A stretch of DNA of 60,733 nucleotides from Theionarchaea archaeon (GCA_018992565.1 JACVGW010000008.1:1-60733), one strand, 5' to 3'. Counted from the stretch's first letter, positions 9,525 through 20,140 are shown. The notes: a model not told the origin generated them from the sequence alone. A program made the numbers and translations.

Positions 9525-10160
9525 GAAAAGGTCGGATGAATCCTACCTTTTAACGTATCACCACCCTGGCTCATTTGAAGCAGAACCATTTCTCGCTTCA
9601 AACGAGAAAGCAACAGACCTATCTGCCATATCAACGCAGGATATTCTGTAGGATGGTGTGGAGAATCTTTTGGTGTCCCTTTAGAAGCAAGGGAGATAAC
9701 ATGCAGGGCACAGGGTGACGAGAAATGTACATTTCTCATGAGTCATAGGAGCACCATACTACAGAGGCTCCAGACGCTTCAGATGCTACTTTCTAAAGGA
9801 AGACACGTAGAAGATGTTAAGCCAGAAGATCTGTCAGTGTGAGGACTTCCCAGGAGAACCCCGGGGCCGCCATCGGGATTTGTGTTCTTGAAAGGCGGGC
9901 ACTGCCATGACGAAGACTGGAGTGAAATTGAGGCAGCTTTTCTTATCATGATATGTTGTTTTAGTATAGTCAAGGAATGGTAAAGGGGTAACCTATAAGA
10001 TGAGAGAGACAGGATGCAGACCTGCGCAACATCTTGCAGATGTATTCAAGATTGAAGAGGAGAAAGGAAGAGAAGAATATACCCCGGGAATGAACCGGTG
10101 CTGGTAATCTCACATAGTTCAGACAACAACTTTTAAATAATTCATGTACCTGGCTCTTTC

Positions 10161-11282
10161 ATGAAGAAGTTATATTTTGCTGACGCGCGCACTCGTGAAA
10201 TTAGTTATGACGTTTCCATGGTGGCCAAACTTGAACAGATCCTGAAGGAGGCCGATCTCTCTCACTATATAAAAGAAGGAGATTACGTCGCCATTAAAAT
10301 CCACTTCGGATCACGGGGAGGACACAGAGGAATCAGGCCAGTTTTCCTGAGGAAAATTGTAGAAGCGGTAAAAAGCGTGGGGGGAAACCCTTTTTTAACA
10401 GATACGGTAAGACCCAAAGGACTAGATTATCTGGAGATCGCCAACATGCAGGGGTTAAACCATCTATCTGTGGGGTGCCCGGTGGTGCTGGCAGATGGGC
10501 TCTTTGGAAAGAATTATGTACGGGTTCCTGCAGGTGAGTCACTGAAAGAGATTGGCATTGCTGCCGAGATTTATGATGCTCAGGCCATGATTGTAGTCTC
10601 GCACTGTAAGGGGCATATTCAAGCTGGATTTGGTGGAGCCATCAAGAATCTTGGCATGGGTGCTATTTCCTCCCGTAACAGGGAAGGAACTTCTGAAAGA
10701 GGGAAAATACATAACCTAGCCAGAGTATCAATCATACACTTCCAGGACAAGTGCATTCTGTGCGGGAGGTGTGCTGAAGCGTGTGATCATGGCGCCATAA
10801 CAGTTGGGGATACTTTTGAACTTGATAATACAATGTGTGTCAAGTGCGGACGGTGTGTTGAAGCGTGTGAGAATAAGGCGTTAGGGATGGAACAGGATGA
10901 GGAGAGAATGCAAAGAGGAGTAGCAGAGGCTGCAAGAGCTGCTATTTCAACATTTGAAAAGGGAAAAGTCTTTTATATCTCTTTTATGACTGATATTATG
11001 CCCCATTGTGATTGCCATCCCCACGCGGATACACCCATTATTAATGATCAAGGTATATTGGCAGGAGACGATCCTGTGGCAATTGATAAAGCTGCACTGG
11101 ACATTATCGAGAGCAAGAACCCTCTGGCTGATTCTGCAGCTGAAGGCATGAAGCCTGGGAAAGGGCTACTTGAACGTGTAACAAAGCGGAACCCATATGT
11201 CCATGTGACGGCTGCAGCAGACCTGGGAGTTGGGGAACTGGAGTACGAACTGGTGACTGTTGAGAGGAAGAAAAAGGAATAG
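10161..11282 (+). CDS. DUF362 domain protein with 2x[4Fe-4S] ferredoxin insert
   Basis: VAIKIHFG, SHCKGH...GGAIKNLGMG, two CxxCxxCxxxC motifs, CDC, DPVAIDKA. Confidence 0.9.
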   Translation: MKKLYFADARTREISYDVSMVAKLEQILKEADLSHYIKEGDYVAIKIHFGSRGGHRGIRPVFLRKIVEAVKSVGGNPFLTDTVRPKGLDYLEIANMQGLNHLSVGCPVVLADGLFGKNYVRVPAGESLKEIGIAAEIYDAQAMIVVSHCKGHIQAGFGGAIKNLGMGAISSRNREGTSERGKIHNLARVSIIHFQDKCILCGRCAEACDHGAITVGDTFELDNTMCVKCGRCVEACENKALGMEQDEERMQRGVAEAARAAISTFEKGKVFYISFMTDIMPHCDCHPHADTPIINDQGILAGDDPVAIDKAALDIIESKNPLADSAAEGMKPGKGLLERVTKRNPYVHVTAAADLGVGELEYELVTVERKKKE

Positions 11283-11362
11283 TCTCTCTTTCCTTTTTTT
11301 GAAAGGCTGCATGTGAAAGGAAGGTGCGACACCTTTTTATGGGCATTTTATGATGGTATGTA

Positions 11363-11898
11363 ATGCTGTCTCCACGTCTGGCTCTGATTACGGCTATTTG
11401 TGCCGTGTCTTCAGCATCTATTCTCATCAGGATGAGTGAGGCCCCTCCTCTGGTAATTGCGACGTACAGACTGGGAGTTGCAAGCATGTGTATGGTTGCA
11501 CTTGCAGTGAGCAGGGGGCAGATCCATCAACTTCGCAGGCTGGGTAAGAGAGAAGTCATTGCCCTAGTCCTGTCTGGATTTTTCCTGTATGTACATTTTG
11601 CCACCTGGATTACCTCGTTATTCTACACGACAGTGGCCACCAGTGTCATCATTGTGGATTCTTCTCCCTTGTTTGTGGCAGGGTTATCATATGTATTCTT
11701 GAAGGAGACATTGAGTAAGAGAGTAATAATCGGAATTGTGATCTCCACAGCGGGCGCTGTCTTAATTGGATTGAACAACCCTGTTTCACAGAACATGATG
11801 GGGATCTTGCTGGCTCTGGTGGGTGCTGTGGGACTTGCAGGGTATCTGGTAATCGGGAGAGATCTAAGAAAGAGTCTGGATACCTTCAGTTATGTGTC
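11363..11898 (+). CDS. EamA/DMT family transporter, truncated by assembly gap
   Basis: Multi-TM; SLFYTTVA...SPLFVA...FLKE EamA signature; runs into Ns. Confidence 0.85.
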
Positions 11899-11998
11899 NN
11901 NNNNNNNNNNNNNNNNNNNNNNNNNNNNNNNNNNNNNNNNNNNNNNNNNNNNNNNNNNNNNNNNNNNNNNNNNNNNNNNNNNNNNNNNNNNNNNNNNN

Positions 11999-12189
11999 CC
12001 ACGACTTCTTGATGGTCTTTCGCCACCCCTTCAGAGATTGGCTGGATCGTGTTTTCAAATGCTCTTCTTGTTCGCCAATTCGGGGGTGGCGAAAAAACCA
12101 ACGATCAAGGAGGAAATGTTGGCTCCTGCTTGCAGTGTTGGCTGTGCTATAGTCCACTACACGTACACCCCTATATAAACTTTTCGGTT
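11999..12189 (-). ncRNA. Candidate structured non-coding transcript or long leader with its promoter; 3' end lies in the gap
   Basis: Minus-strand AACCGAAAAGTTTATATA promoter (12172-12189); perfect 12-bp inverted repeat at 12018-12029 / 12083-12094; no credible ORF. Confidence 0.4.
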
Positions 12190-12262
12190 GCCATCATTTT
12201 CTTCCGAACACATTGTAATATTTCCATTAAAAATTGTGATTTTCACAGAAAATTAGATTATT

Positions 12263-13435
12263 CTACTCCTGAAACGAAGCCTTGAATGGACTGATCTTCC
12301 TCAAATCAGTTACAACTTCAGGCAAAACTTTCAGTGTATACTGAATATCGTCCTCTGTATTGTCTCTTCCCAGAGTCAGCCTCAGTGAGCTGTGTGCATC
12401 CTCAGGAGGGAGCCCGATGGCCAGAAGCACATGACTGGGCTTCAGTGATTTTGAAGAACAGGCTGAACCTGTTGAAGCATAGACCCCTTTTCCACTCAAC
12501 CGCAGGACCAGGCTTTCCCCTTCAATGAACCGAAAGCAGAAGTGTGCATTGATGGGGAGTCTCTTTTTGGGGTGCCCATTCAGCCAGGAATTTTCAATGG
12601 CGGAAGCCCCTTCTATGAGCTCGTCTCGCAGTCTTTCAATTCTGGGCATTTCTCTCGGTCTTTCCTCCTCTCCAACAGCAAGAGCTTTAGCCAATCCCAC
12701 AACGCCAGGGATATTCTCTGTTCCGGATCTGAAACCCTTTTCATGGCCCCCTCCGTGCATCAGAGGATCTATGGTAGTCCCTTTCTTCACGTACAGGCAG
12801 CCTGCCCCTTTGGGACCATGTATCTTATGAGAGGATATGGACAGCATGTCGACACCAATGTCATGTACATCCACAGGTACCTTGGTGACACTCTGGACTG
12901 CATCAGTATGGAACAGGACATCATGATCATGAGCAATCTGGACCAGTTCTCTTATATCCTGTATGGTTCCAATTTCGTTGTTGGCATGCATGATAGAGAC
13001 CAGGAATGTATCTTTCGTAATGGCGTCTTCGAGAGATTCTTGAGAAACTAACCCGTACGTATCCACTGGTACATATGTAACAGAAAAGCCCAGGCTTTCC
13101 AGCCACTGACATGTATTCAGCACACAGTCATGTTCAATAGTGGAGGTTATAATATGTCCCTTCTCTCCTTTTCTCAGCCGGGCGAAAGCTGCACCCTTAA
13201 GTGCTGCATTATTGGATTCTGTCCCTCCTGAGGTAAAGACTATCTCCTCAGGATGGCAATTTAAGATCTGAGCAACAGTGGTTCGGGCATCCTGTAACGC
13301 TCTACTAGCTTCCTGTCCCATTGTGTGCAGAGACGAGGCATTCCCATATCTCATATCAAAAAACGGCATCATAGCCTCAACAACACGCGGATCTACTGCA
13401 CTGGTTGCAGAGTGATCGAGATACACCTGTCTCAT
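12263..13435 (-). CDS. iscS: Cysteine desulfurase
   Basis: YLDHSAT, SGGTESNN, SSHKIHGPKG (PLP Lys), STGSACSS (catalytic Cys). Confidence 0.95.
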   Translation of the reverse strand: MRQVYLDHSATSAVDPRVVEAMMPFFDMRYGNASSLHTMGQEASRALQDARTTVAQILNCHPEEIVFTSGGTESNNAALKGAAFARLRKGEKGHIITSTIEHDCVLNTCQWLESLGFSVTYVPVDTYGLVSQESLEDAITKDTFLVSIMHANNEIGTIQDIRELVQIAHDHDVLFHTDAVQSVTKVPVDVHDIGVDMLSISSHKIHGPKGAGCLYVKKGTTIDPLMHGGGHEKGFRSGTENIPGVVGLAKALAVGEEERPREMPRIERLRDELIEGASAIENSWLNGHPKKRLPINAHFCFRFIEGESLVLRLSGKGVYASTGSACSSKSLKPSHVLLAIGLPPEDAHSSLRLTLGRDNTEDDIQYTLKVLPEVVTDLRKISPFKASFQE

Positions 13436-13806
13436 GCCATCCCCCTCCTTTTCCTGTAATCCTCAATCGCTTTCTGGAGACCATCGGCCGCCAAATTAGA
13501 GCAGTGCATCTTTACTGGAGGCAGCCCCTCTAGTGCACATGCCACGTCACCTCTGGTAATTCTTTCTGCTTCCTCCAGTGTCTTGCCTTTAGCCAGTTCG
13601 CTGATCATGGAAGATGTAGCAATGGCTGCTGCACACCCCATGGTCTCCCAGGAAATGTCTCTTATGACATCATCCTTTACCTTAATGTAAATATACATGA
13701 CATCTCCGCACACAGGGTTTCCAACCTTTCCCACTCCATCCGGATTCTCCATGTGGCCCTGGTTGCGCGGGTTGTTAAAATGATCTATGACCTGTTGTGA
13801 GTACAT
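13432..13806 (-). CDS. iscU: Fe-S cluster scaffold IscU/NifU
   Basis: HFNNPRN, NPVCGD, GCAAAIA, LPPVKMHCSNL; overlaps the iscS start. Confidence 0.95.
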   Translation of the reverse strand: MYSQQVIDHFNNPRNQGHMENPDGVGKVGNPVCGDVMYIYIKVKDDVIRDISWETMGCAAAIATSSMISELAKGKTLEEAERITRGDVACALEGLPPVKMHCSNLAADGLQKAIEDYRKRRGMA

Positions 13807-13962
13807 GGCAATCGCCTGAGAATATAACACTGTTATACTTTATAAAGGTTTGGGCAATCCAATAAGAACGAGCTGGCAAACTCTCTCATCACGTGAAAGG
13901 ACATTCGCTCTCCTGCAGACTGTTCACCATTTTAAGAAAGAAAGAGCAATTTCATCAATTGA

Positions 13963-14239
13963 TCACTCTTTCTGTTTGGAGATTCTAAACACGTCAGCAG
14001 GATGTCCCATAGCCCTGCACTCGATTTCTTTCACATCATGATGATGCCCAGTAATCCATTCAATGGAGTACTCAATCATGCCCACATAGATGTTGCAGAC
14101 AGGCTTTTCAGAGTGTACCCCTTCGCTCTCAANNNNNNNNNNNNNNNNNNNNNNNNNNNNNNNNNNNNNNNNNNNNNNNNNNNNNNNNNNNNNNNNNNNN
14201 NNNNNNNNNNNNNNNNNNNNNNNNNNNNNNNNCTGCCAT
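13963..14239 (-). CDS. V4R-domain protein, interrupted by assembly gap
   Basis: GGAGG...ATG at 14239 before the gap; after the gap KPVCNIYVG...VKEIECRAMGHPADVFRI, a V4R C-terminus. The two sides may belong to different genes. Confidence 0.7.
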
Positions 14240-14383
14240 TTTCTCTCCTCCTGAACCTTGTATTCACAGGAGGTTTCACTGAACATATATCTATATGAAA
14301 AAAACAGTGAAAGATATTTCATTATTCCGGGAGAGAAGACAGACTCAACCGGAAAAAAGTGACCCAGCCTCACGGCCTTTTAC

Positions 14384-17161
14384 TCACGTTAGTGAGATCC
14401 CCATCACAATCTTGGCCTTTTCTGTCAGTTCAAGAGCTTTCCTTCTGCCACTTCTCAGTTCCCTTAAATACCCTCTGTTCAGGAGTGTTCTGATCCTTTT
14501 TCTGGCTGTGGGCTTGCTCACTCCAATATTCTCCCCTAACTCACTGTATGAGGGGTTTCTTCCAACGAGGTTTTCTCTGCGAACTGCCCTCAGGAACTCG
14601 AGAAGGAATTCAGGAATGTCCTCTTTCTCAATGGGTACGATTTTCATTGTCTCTTTCATTAACTGCCTCAATTCCTTCTCAGCCATAGTTGAAGGATCAA
14701 CAGAGAAAATGAGAACATGGTTATGTAGATATGCCATCTCTCTCAGATCACACACAAGTGAGAAGGTTTTTTCAAATCCATTCTTGAAAATGAGATAGTC
14801 CACTCTGTCTATTAATACAGCACTGGCTGTCTTTAGTGAGCCAATCTTCCTTTTGATGTCTTCAAGGGCGGGGGCCAGGACAATCTCGTGGTCTCTTTCT
14901 GCCAGCCACAAGTAGTCAAATTCATTCTCAATACTGTTTTCAAACCTTGTACGGGGCCCTCTGGAAACAACCAACCCAGCGTAGCCAACCTTGAGTAAGT
15001 CTTTGAAAGCCTCGATTGTAATTTCGGGTGTTTCCTCCTGAAAAGAATAGATATTCCCTTCTTCTAAATCATATTTCATCAATCTCTTTTTCATATTTCT
15101 TTCAGCCTTCTTTCGATCAGTAATATCTCTGGCTATAATAATGGCTCCTCTTACAGCCCCTTGATCATCTCTCAATACAGTAATGTTTGTTTCCAACGTA
15201 ATTCTGCTTTCATTCTTCAGGATGACATCAAATTCCAAAGTTCCATGAAATCTATTTCCCATTATCTCATTGAAGGCAACTTGTGCCTTTCTATGATCCT
15301 CAGGGGGCAGAAATCCCAGCGAGTTCTTGCCAAGCAGGTCCTCCTTCACAAGTCCTCCATACAGCCTCAGTGTTGCCTCATTGACCTCTAAAATCTTCCC
15401 CTCTGCATCAGTTATGAGAATGCACTCATTTGACATTTTCACAGCTGTAGACAGGAGGGTCAATTCTCGTTCTGCCCTCTTCCTTTCAGTGACATCACGT
15501 GCTATCCCCCGAAATCCAACAGGTTCTCCTTCGGAGTCGTATATCAAAGATATGGAAGCTTCAATAGATCTCTTTTCTCCATTCTTCCTGTGTATCTCCC
15601 AATCAGATGCCTTCTCAGGCACTCGTCTTGTAAAAACCCTGTGAAATCTTTCAAATACCATTCTTGCTGTCTTTTCATCCATCAATCCTCCGTAATTCAT
15701 ACCCAGCAATTCAGTCCCAGAGTATCCTAAAATGCGGGTGAGGGAATCATTGTAAAACGTAAAAGTTCCAGCAAGGTCCACTTCGAAGTAGCCATCCTCA
15801 ATACTCTCCAGGATGTTCCTGTATTTCTCTTCTGATTTTCTCAGTTCCTGTTCTGCTTTCTTACGCTCAGTTATATCCTCAATAATGCCATCGAAATGGC
15901 TGACAACCCCGTTGCTGTCTGTTACTGCAACTGCAGACATTAATGCGAAAAATGGTGTACCTCCCTTCTTCTTCATTTTCAGCTCTTCATTTCTCACATA
16001 TCCGTGTTTTTCCATCTGGCAGATTACCCGCATGCAATCAGACACATGCTGGAACAGCTCCATGATGTTTTTCTCCATGAACTCTTCTTTTGTTTCATAC
16101 CCAAAGATACTCAGCATGGCAGGATTCACTTCAATGAACCTTCCACTGAACCCTGCATTTCTATATACTCCCACATCGATATTCTCTGCAAGAGTCCTGT
16201 ATTTCTCTTCACTCCTTCGCAGCGCTCTATCCATTTTCGCATGCTCTGTAATATCTCGAAAAGAAGCCAGAGTATACGGTTCATCTGAAATTATGAGGGC
16301 TGCAGTAGATGCTTCAATATATTTTCTTCTTCCATCCTTACAGATAATCTGGATGTCAAGAGAAGGTGGGAGCGCTTCTCCATTCCTTCTCCGCATTGTC
16401 CTGTCTCTTATCCGGGATCTATGTTCTGGGGCCACGTGGTCCAGCAGAGATACTTGAGTCAATTCGTCCAGTGTCTCATATCCCAGGATGTCAAGAGCTG
16501 CCCTGTTGGCAGAAACAATACGGTAGTCTCTGGCAACGCACACGCCTTCTATGGAGCTTTCAAAGAGGCAACGGTATTTTTCTTCAGATTCCAGTGCAGC
16601 ATCTTCGGCTTTCAACCGAGAGCCACTGTCAATCAGGACAACGAGAGCCCGGTCAGTGGGCTTTCCAGCAGGGAAGGGAACTGAGATCACCCCCATATTT
16701 CTTTGTCCTTTGGCCAGCATGTAGCCAGTCTCTATAGCTCCTTTTTCCATGCAGTCATTGACGGGGCATGGGGAACAGGGCTCATGAGCACCAGCATAGA
16801 CCTCATAGCAAATACATCCCGTGACGTCGCCAAAATCCTTTCTCAAAGCGTCATTCTGGTAAAGGATGCAGTTGTTCTTTCCTATTACAGTAATGCCGAT
16901 TTCTGCATTTTCCAGACTTCTAAAAATACTCTCATGCAAGTCCTCAATCATGGTACTTGATATACAGCTAGATTCAGACGATGAGCCTCTGTGACCTCTC
17001 GCAGCCATATCCTCAAGAGCCATCATGTCCATACTCCTCAGGATGCTAAAAACGTCTTTCATATCCAATCCTTCTGGTATCCGAGACATGCTACCATCCT
17101 TCAGGCAGAAATCGCCTGATAATTGTATTCCTTCTTTCTTTGCATGTATATAAAATTTCAT
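14384..17161 (-). CDS. Multi-PAS sensor with DUF835 and C-terminal winged HTH
   Basis: About five PAS/PAC units ending in DITE-like motifs; DUF835 (LIDRVDYLIFKNGF...SVDP); PSYSELGENIGVSKPTARKRIRTL HTH; start uncertain. Confidence 0.85.
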   Translation of the reverse strand: MKFYIHAKKEGIQLSGDFCLKDGSMSRIPEGLDMKDVFSILRSMDMMALEDMAARGHRGSSSESSCISSTMIEDLHESIFRSLENAEIGITVIGKNNCILYQNDALRKDFGDVTGCICYEVYAGAHEPCSPCPVNDCMEKGAIETGYMLAKGQRNMGVISVPFPAGKPTDRALVVLIDSGSRLKAEDAALESEEKYRCLFESSIEGVCVARDYRIVSANRAALDILGYETLDELTQVSLLDHVAPEHRSRIRDRTMRRRNGEALPPSLDIQIICKDGRRKYIEASTAALIISDEPYTLASFRDITEHAKMDRALRRSEEKYRTLAENIDVGVYRNAGFSGRFIEVNPAMLSIFGYETKEEFMEKNIMELFQHVSDCMRVICQMEKHGYVRNEELKMKKKGGTPFFALMSAVAVTDSNGVVSHFDGIIEDITERKKAEQELRKSEEKYRNILESIEDGYFEVDLAGTFTFYNDSLTRILGYSGTELLGMNYGGLMDEKTARMVFERFHRVFTRRVPEKASDWEIHRKNGEKRSIEASISLIYDSEGEPVGFRGIARDVTERKRAERELTLLSTAVKMSNECILITDAEGKILEVNEATLRLYGGLVKEDLLGKNSLGFLPPEDHRKAQVAFNEIMGNRFHGTLEFDVILKNESRITLETNITVLRDDQGAVRGAIIIARDITDRKKAERNMKKRLMKYDLEEGNIYSFQEETPEITIEAFKDLLKVGYAGLVVSRGPRTRFENSIENEFDYLWLAERDHEIVLAPALEDIKRKIGSLKTASAVLIDRVDYLIFKNGFEKTFSLVCDLREMAYLHNHVLIFSVDPSTMAEKELRQLMKETMKIVPIEKEDIPEFLLEFLRAVRRENLVGRNPSYSELGENIGVSKPTARKRIRTLLNRGYLRELRSGRRKALELTEKAKIVMGISLT

Positions 17162-17554
17162 GCAGGTTATGTAATCAATATGTCTGAATTCCTTTTTTGG
17201 AGAACTGGAGAGGCGACGAATAGTAAAATCGAAATAATTCTGGCCAATTAATAAGAAATACTGCAATAATATAGATGAAAAACCCTATTAGTCCATATTG
17301 TTAAAAAATTAGCAGAAGAATCACCTCCTGTCCAGAAAACAGGGCGGGCCATGGCAGAAGAGATTCTGAGTGAGAAAAGTGGATTGAAGAAGTCAGGGTG
17401 TTCACCTCACAATTCGACATTTGATCACTGGCTTCTCATGATAGTGGTAGGCAGAGGGGATAGACAGAAAGAATGAATGTCTCTGACAAGCATCCAATGG
17501 TCTAGATTATTTAATCTGAAGGTTGTTAGACTACTCTATACGAGGAGAATTCAA

Positions 17555-17628
17555 TGGGCCTGGGGGGATTTGAACCCCTGACCGCCTGGTTATGAGCCAG
17601 GCGCTCTACCAAACTAAGCTACAGGCCC
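17555..17628 (-). tRNA. tRNA with CAU anticodon, most likely tRNA-Ile2 (agmatidine-modified)
   Basis: GGGCCTG...CCTGG-CT-CAT-AA-CCAGG...GGTTCAAATCC...CAGGCCC-A. The GGGCC acceptor is typical of archaeal Ile tRNAs, and it lacks the initiator's A1-U72 pair and three G-C anticodon-stem pairs. Confidence 0.9.
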
Positions 17629-17742
17629 TCGACCTCAGTGTACGTGTATCGTATTTATACTTATTGGTTCTTAAATACTTTGAGTGGTGGTGTGATATCT
17701 GCATATCATAACCTTTTTGTGTGTTCAGTGCTCACATATCTC

Positions 17743-18549
17743 ATGGAGCCTGAAACGAGAAAAAGAATTCGCGACTCCCTGGGTTCTCTTCCTGTCACAA
17801 TACGAGAGGATCTTCCCGAATCTTTTGAAAAAATCGGGGATATCCTTATCATATATTTGAAGCCTCATCACCTCCCCTTTGAAGCAGAAATCGGGGAAGC
17901 ATATCGTCGCGCATTTGATGTGAAGACAGTCTTACGCAAAGGAAGAATTCACGGCAACTATCGTGTTCCTGACTCAATGGTAATTGCTGGCTCTGAAACC
18001 GTGACAACCCACAAGGAAAACAGTATTCTGTACCAGTTGGATCTATCACAGGTGATGTTCTGTTCAGGGAATATTCACGAGAGAATACGGGTATCCACAT
18101 TCCCTCCTCATGAAAAAGTTGTGGACATGTTCGCAGGGATAGGGTATTTCACGTTACCCATAGCCAAATATTGTCACTCTCATGTTCAGGCTCTGGAAAA
18201 GAATGAACATGCCTATCGTTTCCTATGCGAAAATATAGTCCAGAATAACGTTGCCCACCTGGTAACCCCGCATCTCATGGATTGCAGTGAATATGAAGGT
18301 CTCGCAGACAGAGTCATAATGGGCCACCCCAGGGCACATGCGTACCTTGAGAAGGCCTTCGCCCTCGTGGACCGTGGAGTACTTGTGTACCATGAATTTG
18401 CGCCTGAAGGAAGAAGTAATAGAGCCATTGAAAGACTGACCAGTGCAGCAAGAAAAGCGGGAAAAGAAGTCTCCATTGAAGGCATGCGAAGAATCAAGAA
18501 GTACTCTCCTGGCGTATGGCATATTGTTTGTGATGCTAGAATCCAATGA
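17743..18549 (+). CDS. Trm5/Taw2 (Met-10+-like) SAM-dependent tRNA modification enzyme
   Basis: HKEN...LDLSQVMF..GN..ER, VVDMFAGIGYF, ADRVIMG, IKKYSPGVWH. Confidence 0.88.
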   Translation: MEPETRKRIRDSLGSLPVTIREDLPESFEKIGDILIIYLKPHHLPFEAEIGEAYRRAFDVKTVLRKGRIHGNYRVPDSMVIAGSETVTTHKENSILYQLDLSQVMFCSGNIHERIRVSTFPPHEKVVDMFAGIGYFTLPIAKYCHSHVQALEKNEHAYRFLCENIVQNNVAHLVTPHLMDCSEYEGLADRVIMGHPRAHAYLEKAFALVDRGVLVYHEFAPEGRSNRAIERLTSAARKAGKEVSIEGMRRIKKYSPGVWHIVCDARIQ

Positions 18550-18588
18550 AGGAATATGGGGCGAGGACTGAAACGTCTCTATCTCCTG

Positions 18589-18834
18589 CTACCATTCACT
18601 CTTGCTGATTTTCTCCATGAGTTTCTCCATCTTGCCCTTGTGCAGCCTAAAATGCTTGCACCGTTTTGTAATCTCGTCCTCCCATCGAGGAAGAATAGTC
18701 ATGAAGTATGTCTGCCTGATATCCTCAGGGACACGCTGTTCGCAGACCTTGGTCTTGTCCCTTTGACAGATATCGCAGGCAGAATAGTACCGAAGCACCC
18801 GTTGAATCTTTTTTTTCGCAGGTTCTTCGCTCAT
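18589..18834 (-). CDS. Small hypothetical Cys-containing protein
   Basis: 81 aa; CDIC...C...CKHF pattern; upstream TATA-like AAACCTTTTAAG. Confidence 0.6.
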   Translation of the reverse strand: MSEEPAKKKIQRVLRYYSACDICQRDKTKVCEQRVPEDIRQTYFMTILPRWEDEITKRCKHFRLHKGKMEKLMEKISKSEW

Positions 18835-19038
18835 CGTACAGGATGTTTCTGATACGCTTAAAAGGTTTTGCTCATTCCCTCACAGGCCCATATGTGTTCG
18901 CCTGAGCTGCTGCCTCCCCATATCTTCATTGTGAGTTCTGCTGTCACTGCCTTTGTATGAACTCCCTATCTCCACCAACCATGAAGAAAAGGAAAGGTAG
19001 AGGAAACACTTAAATTATGGTGCTTTGTATGTAGGTAC

Positions 19039-20043
19039 ATGAAAACCACCCTCTTTCAGCGGAGTTTTCTCATACTGACAGCTGCACTCACAGCTTTTGC
19101 TGTGGTTCTCCCGATATGTGCGGCTGAGAAGTCCTATGATGTGATTCTCGTCAGAGCAGACCTGCCCATCGATTATGTCATCGCACAGGCGTATTCTCAC
19201 AAAGAAGGAATCCCCATCATCACCACTGATCCTCTATTCCTGACAGAAACAGTGCGAAGGGAACTTCTGGGCTATAGAGCTCAGGGCGCAGCTACTGTTC
19301 TTATTATTGGAGGAGCAGATACAGCTATCTCTGCTGATGTAGAAGGGGAGCTCAACGAAATGGGATTCCAGGTGGACCGATTGTGGGATTGGGATAGAAT
19401 TGGAACAGCAGCCAGGGTGGCTATTGAATTATGGGACTACTCTGACGCTGCAGTCATTGCACATGCAGATGTCACTGAGTCATACTTGATTGCTTCCAGC
19501 ATATCCATCAATTTGCAGGCTCCCGTCCTCCTAACAAAGGAAGATGAACTGCCTGCAACTACCATACAGGCACTGGAACTGCTTCAGGTAGAAAAAGCGT
19601 ATCTGGTGGGCCCACGAATCTCTGTGGACGTGGAGGCTGTCCTCATAGAGAAGGGATTAGAAGTCAAGAGGGTGGGGAAGGACATTGAAATCAAAGAGAT
19701 TCCCGTGATTCGGGAAGAACCTGTTGTTCCCTTGATCTACAGACCTGTCCCTCTTACTGTGGGGGCCCTCATCGGGCTGATTGCAGGGTATTTCTTATTT
19801 AAGGGAGTGAAGAAGGTACGGAGAAGGGAGATTCCCATTTTTGTTCTGGATGAAGATGAGCAAAAGGTGATGGAAGCTATTGGAGAACGTATTAGGCAAG
19901 AAGAACTTCCAGATATTACAGGGTTTTCCAGGCCGAAAATTACTCGAATTATCAGTGAATTAGAGAATAAAAGAATTATTTCTCGCACTAAGCATGGGAA
20001 AACATACATAATTAAGACATTGAAGAGTATCGTAGAAGACTGA
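19039..20043 (+). CDS. Membrane-anchored protein with cell-wall-binding-2-like repeats and cytoplasmic winged HTH
   Basis: Signal peptide; IPIITT, VLIIGG, DRIGTA and APVLLT motifs; one TM; QEEL...GFSRPKITRIISELENKRII HTH. Confidence 0.8.
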   Translation: MKTTLFQRSFLILTAALTAFAVVLPICAAEKSYDVILVRADLPIDYVIAQAYSHKEGIPIITTDPLFLTETVRRELLGYRAQGAATVLIIGGADTAISADVEGELNEMGFQVDRLWDWDRIGTAARVAIELWDYSDAAVIAHADVTESYLIASSISINLQAPVLLTKEDELPATTIQALELLQVEKAYLVGPRISVDVEAVLIEKGLEVKRVGKDIEIKEIPVIREEPVVPLIYRPVPLTVGALIGLIAGYFLFKGVKKVRRREIPIFVLDEDEQKVMEAIGERIRQEELPDITGFSRPKITRIISELENKRIISRTKHGKTYIIKTLKSIVED

Positions 20044-20140
20044 AAGACTCCTTCAAACCATGTCAGCTCTGCCTTTGTTAAGAAATGCAGAAAGGAATGA
20101 GATTATCTGGAAACTTCGGAGAGTATGGGCCTTTAAAAAG

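Noticed and set aside
11899..12178. ORF-track extension of the EamA protein across the gap
   Set aside because: Sequence after the Ns does not resemble a DMT C-terminus; the join is artificial.
17555..17628. Calling this tRNA initiator Met
   Set aside because: It lacks the A1-U72 pair and three consecutive G-C anticodon-stem pairs; the acceptor stem fits Ile2 better.
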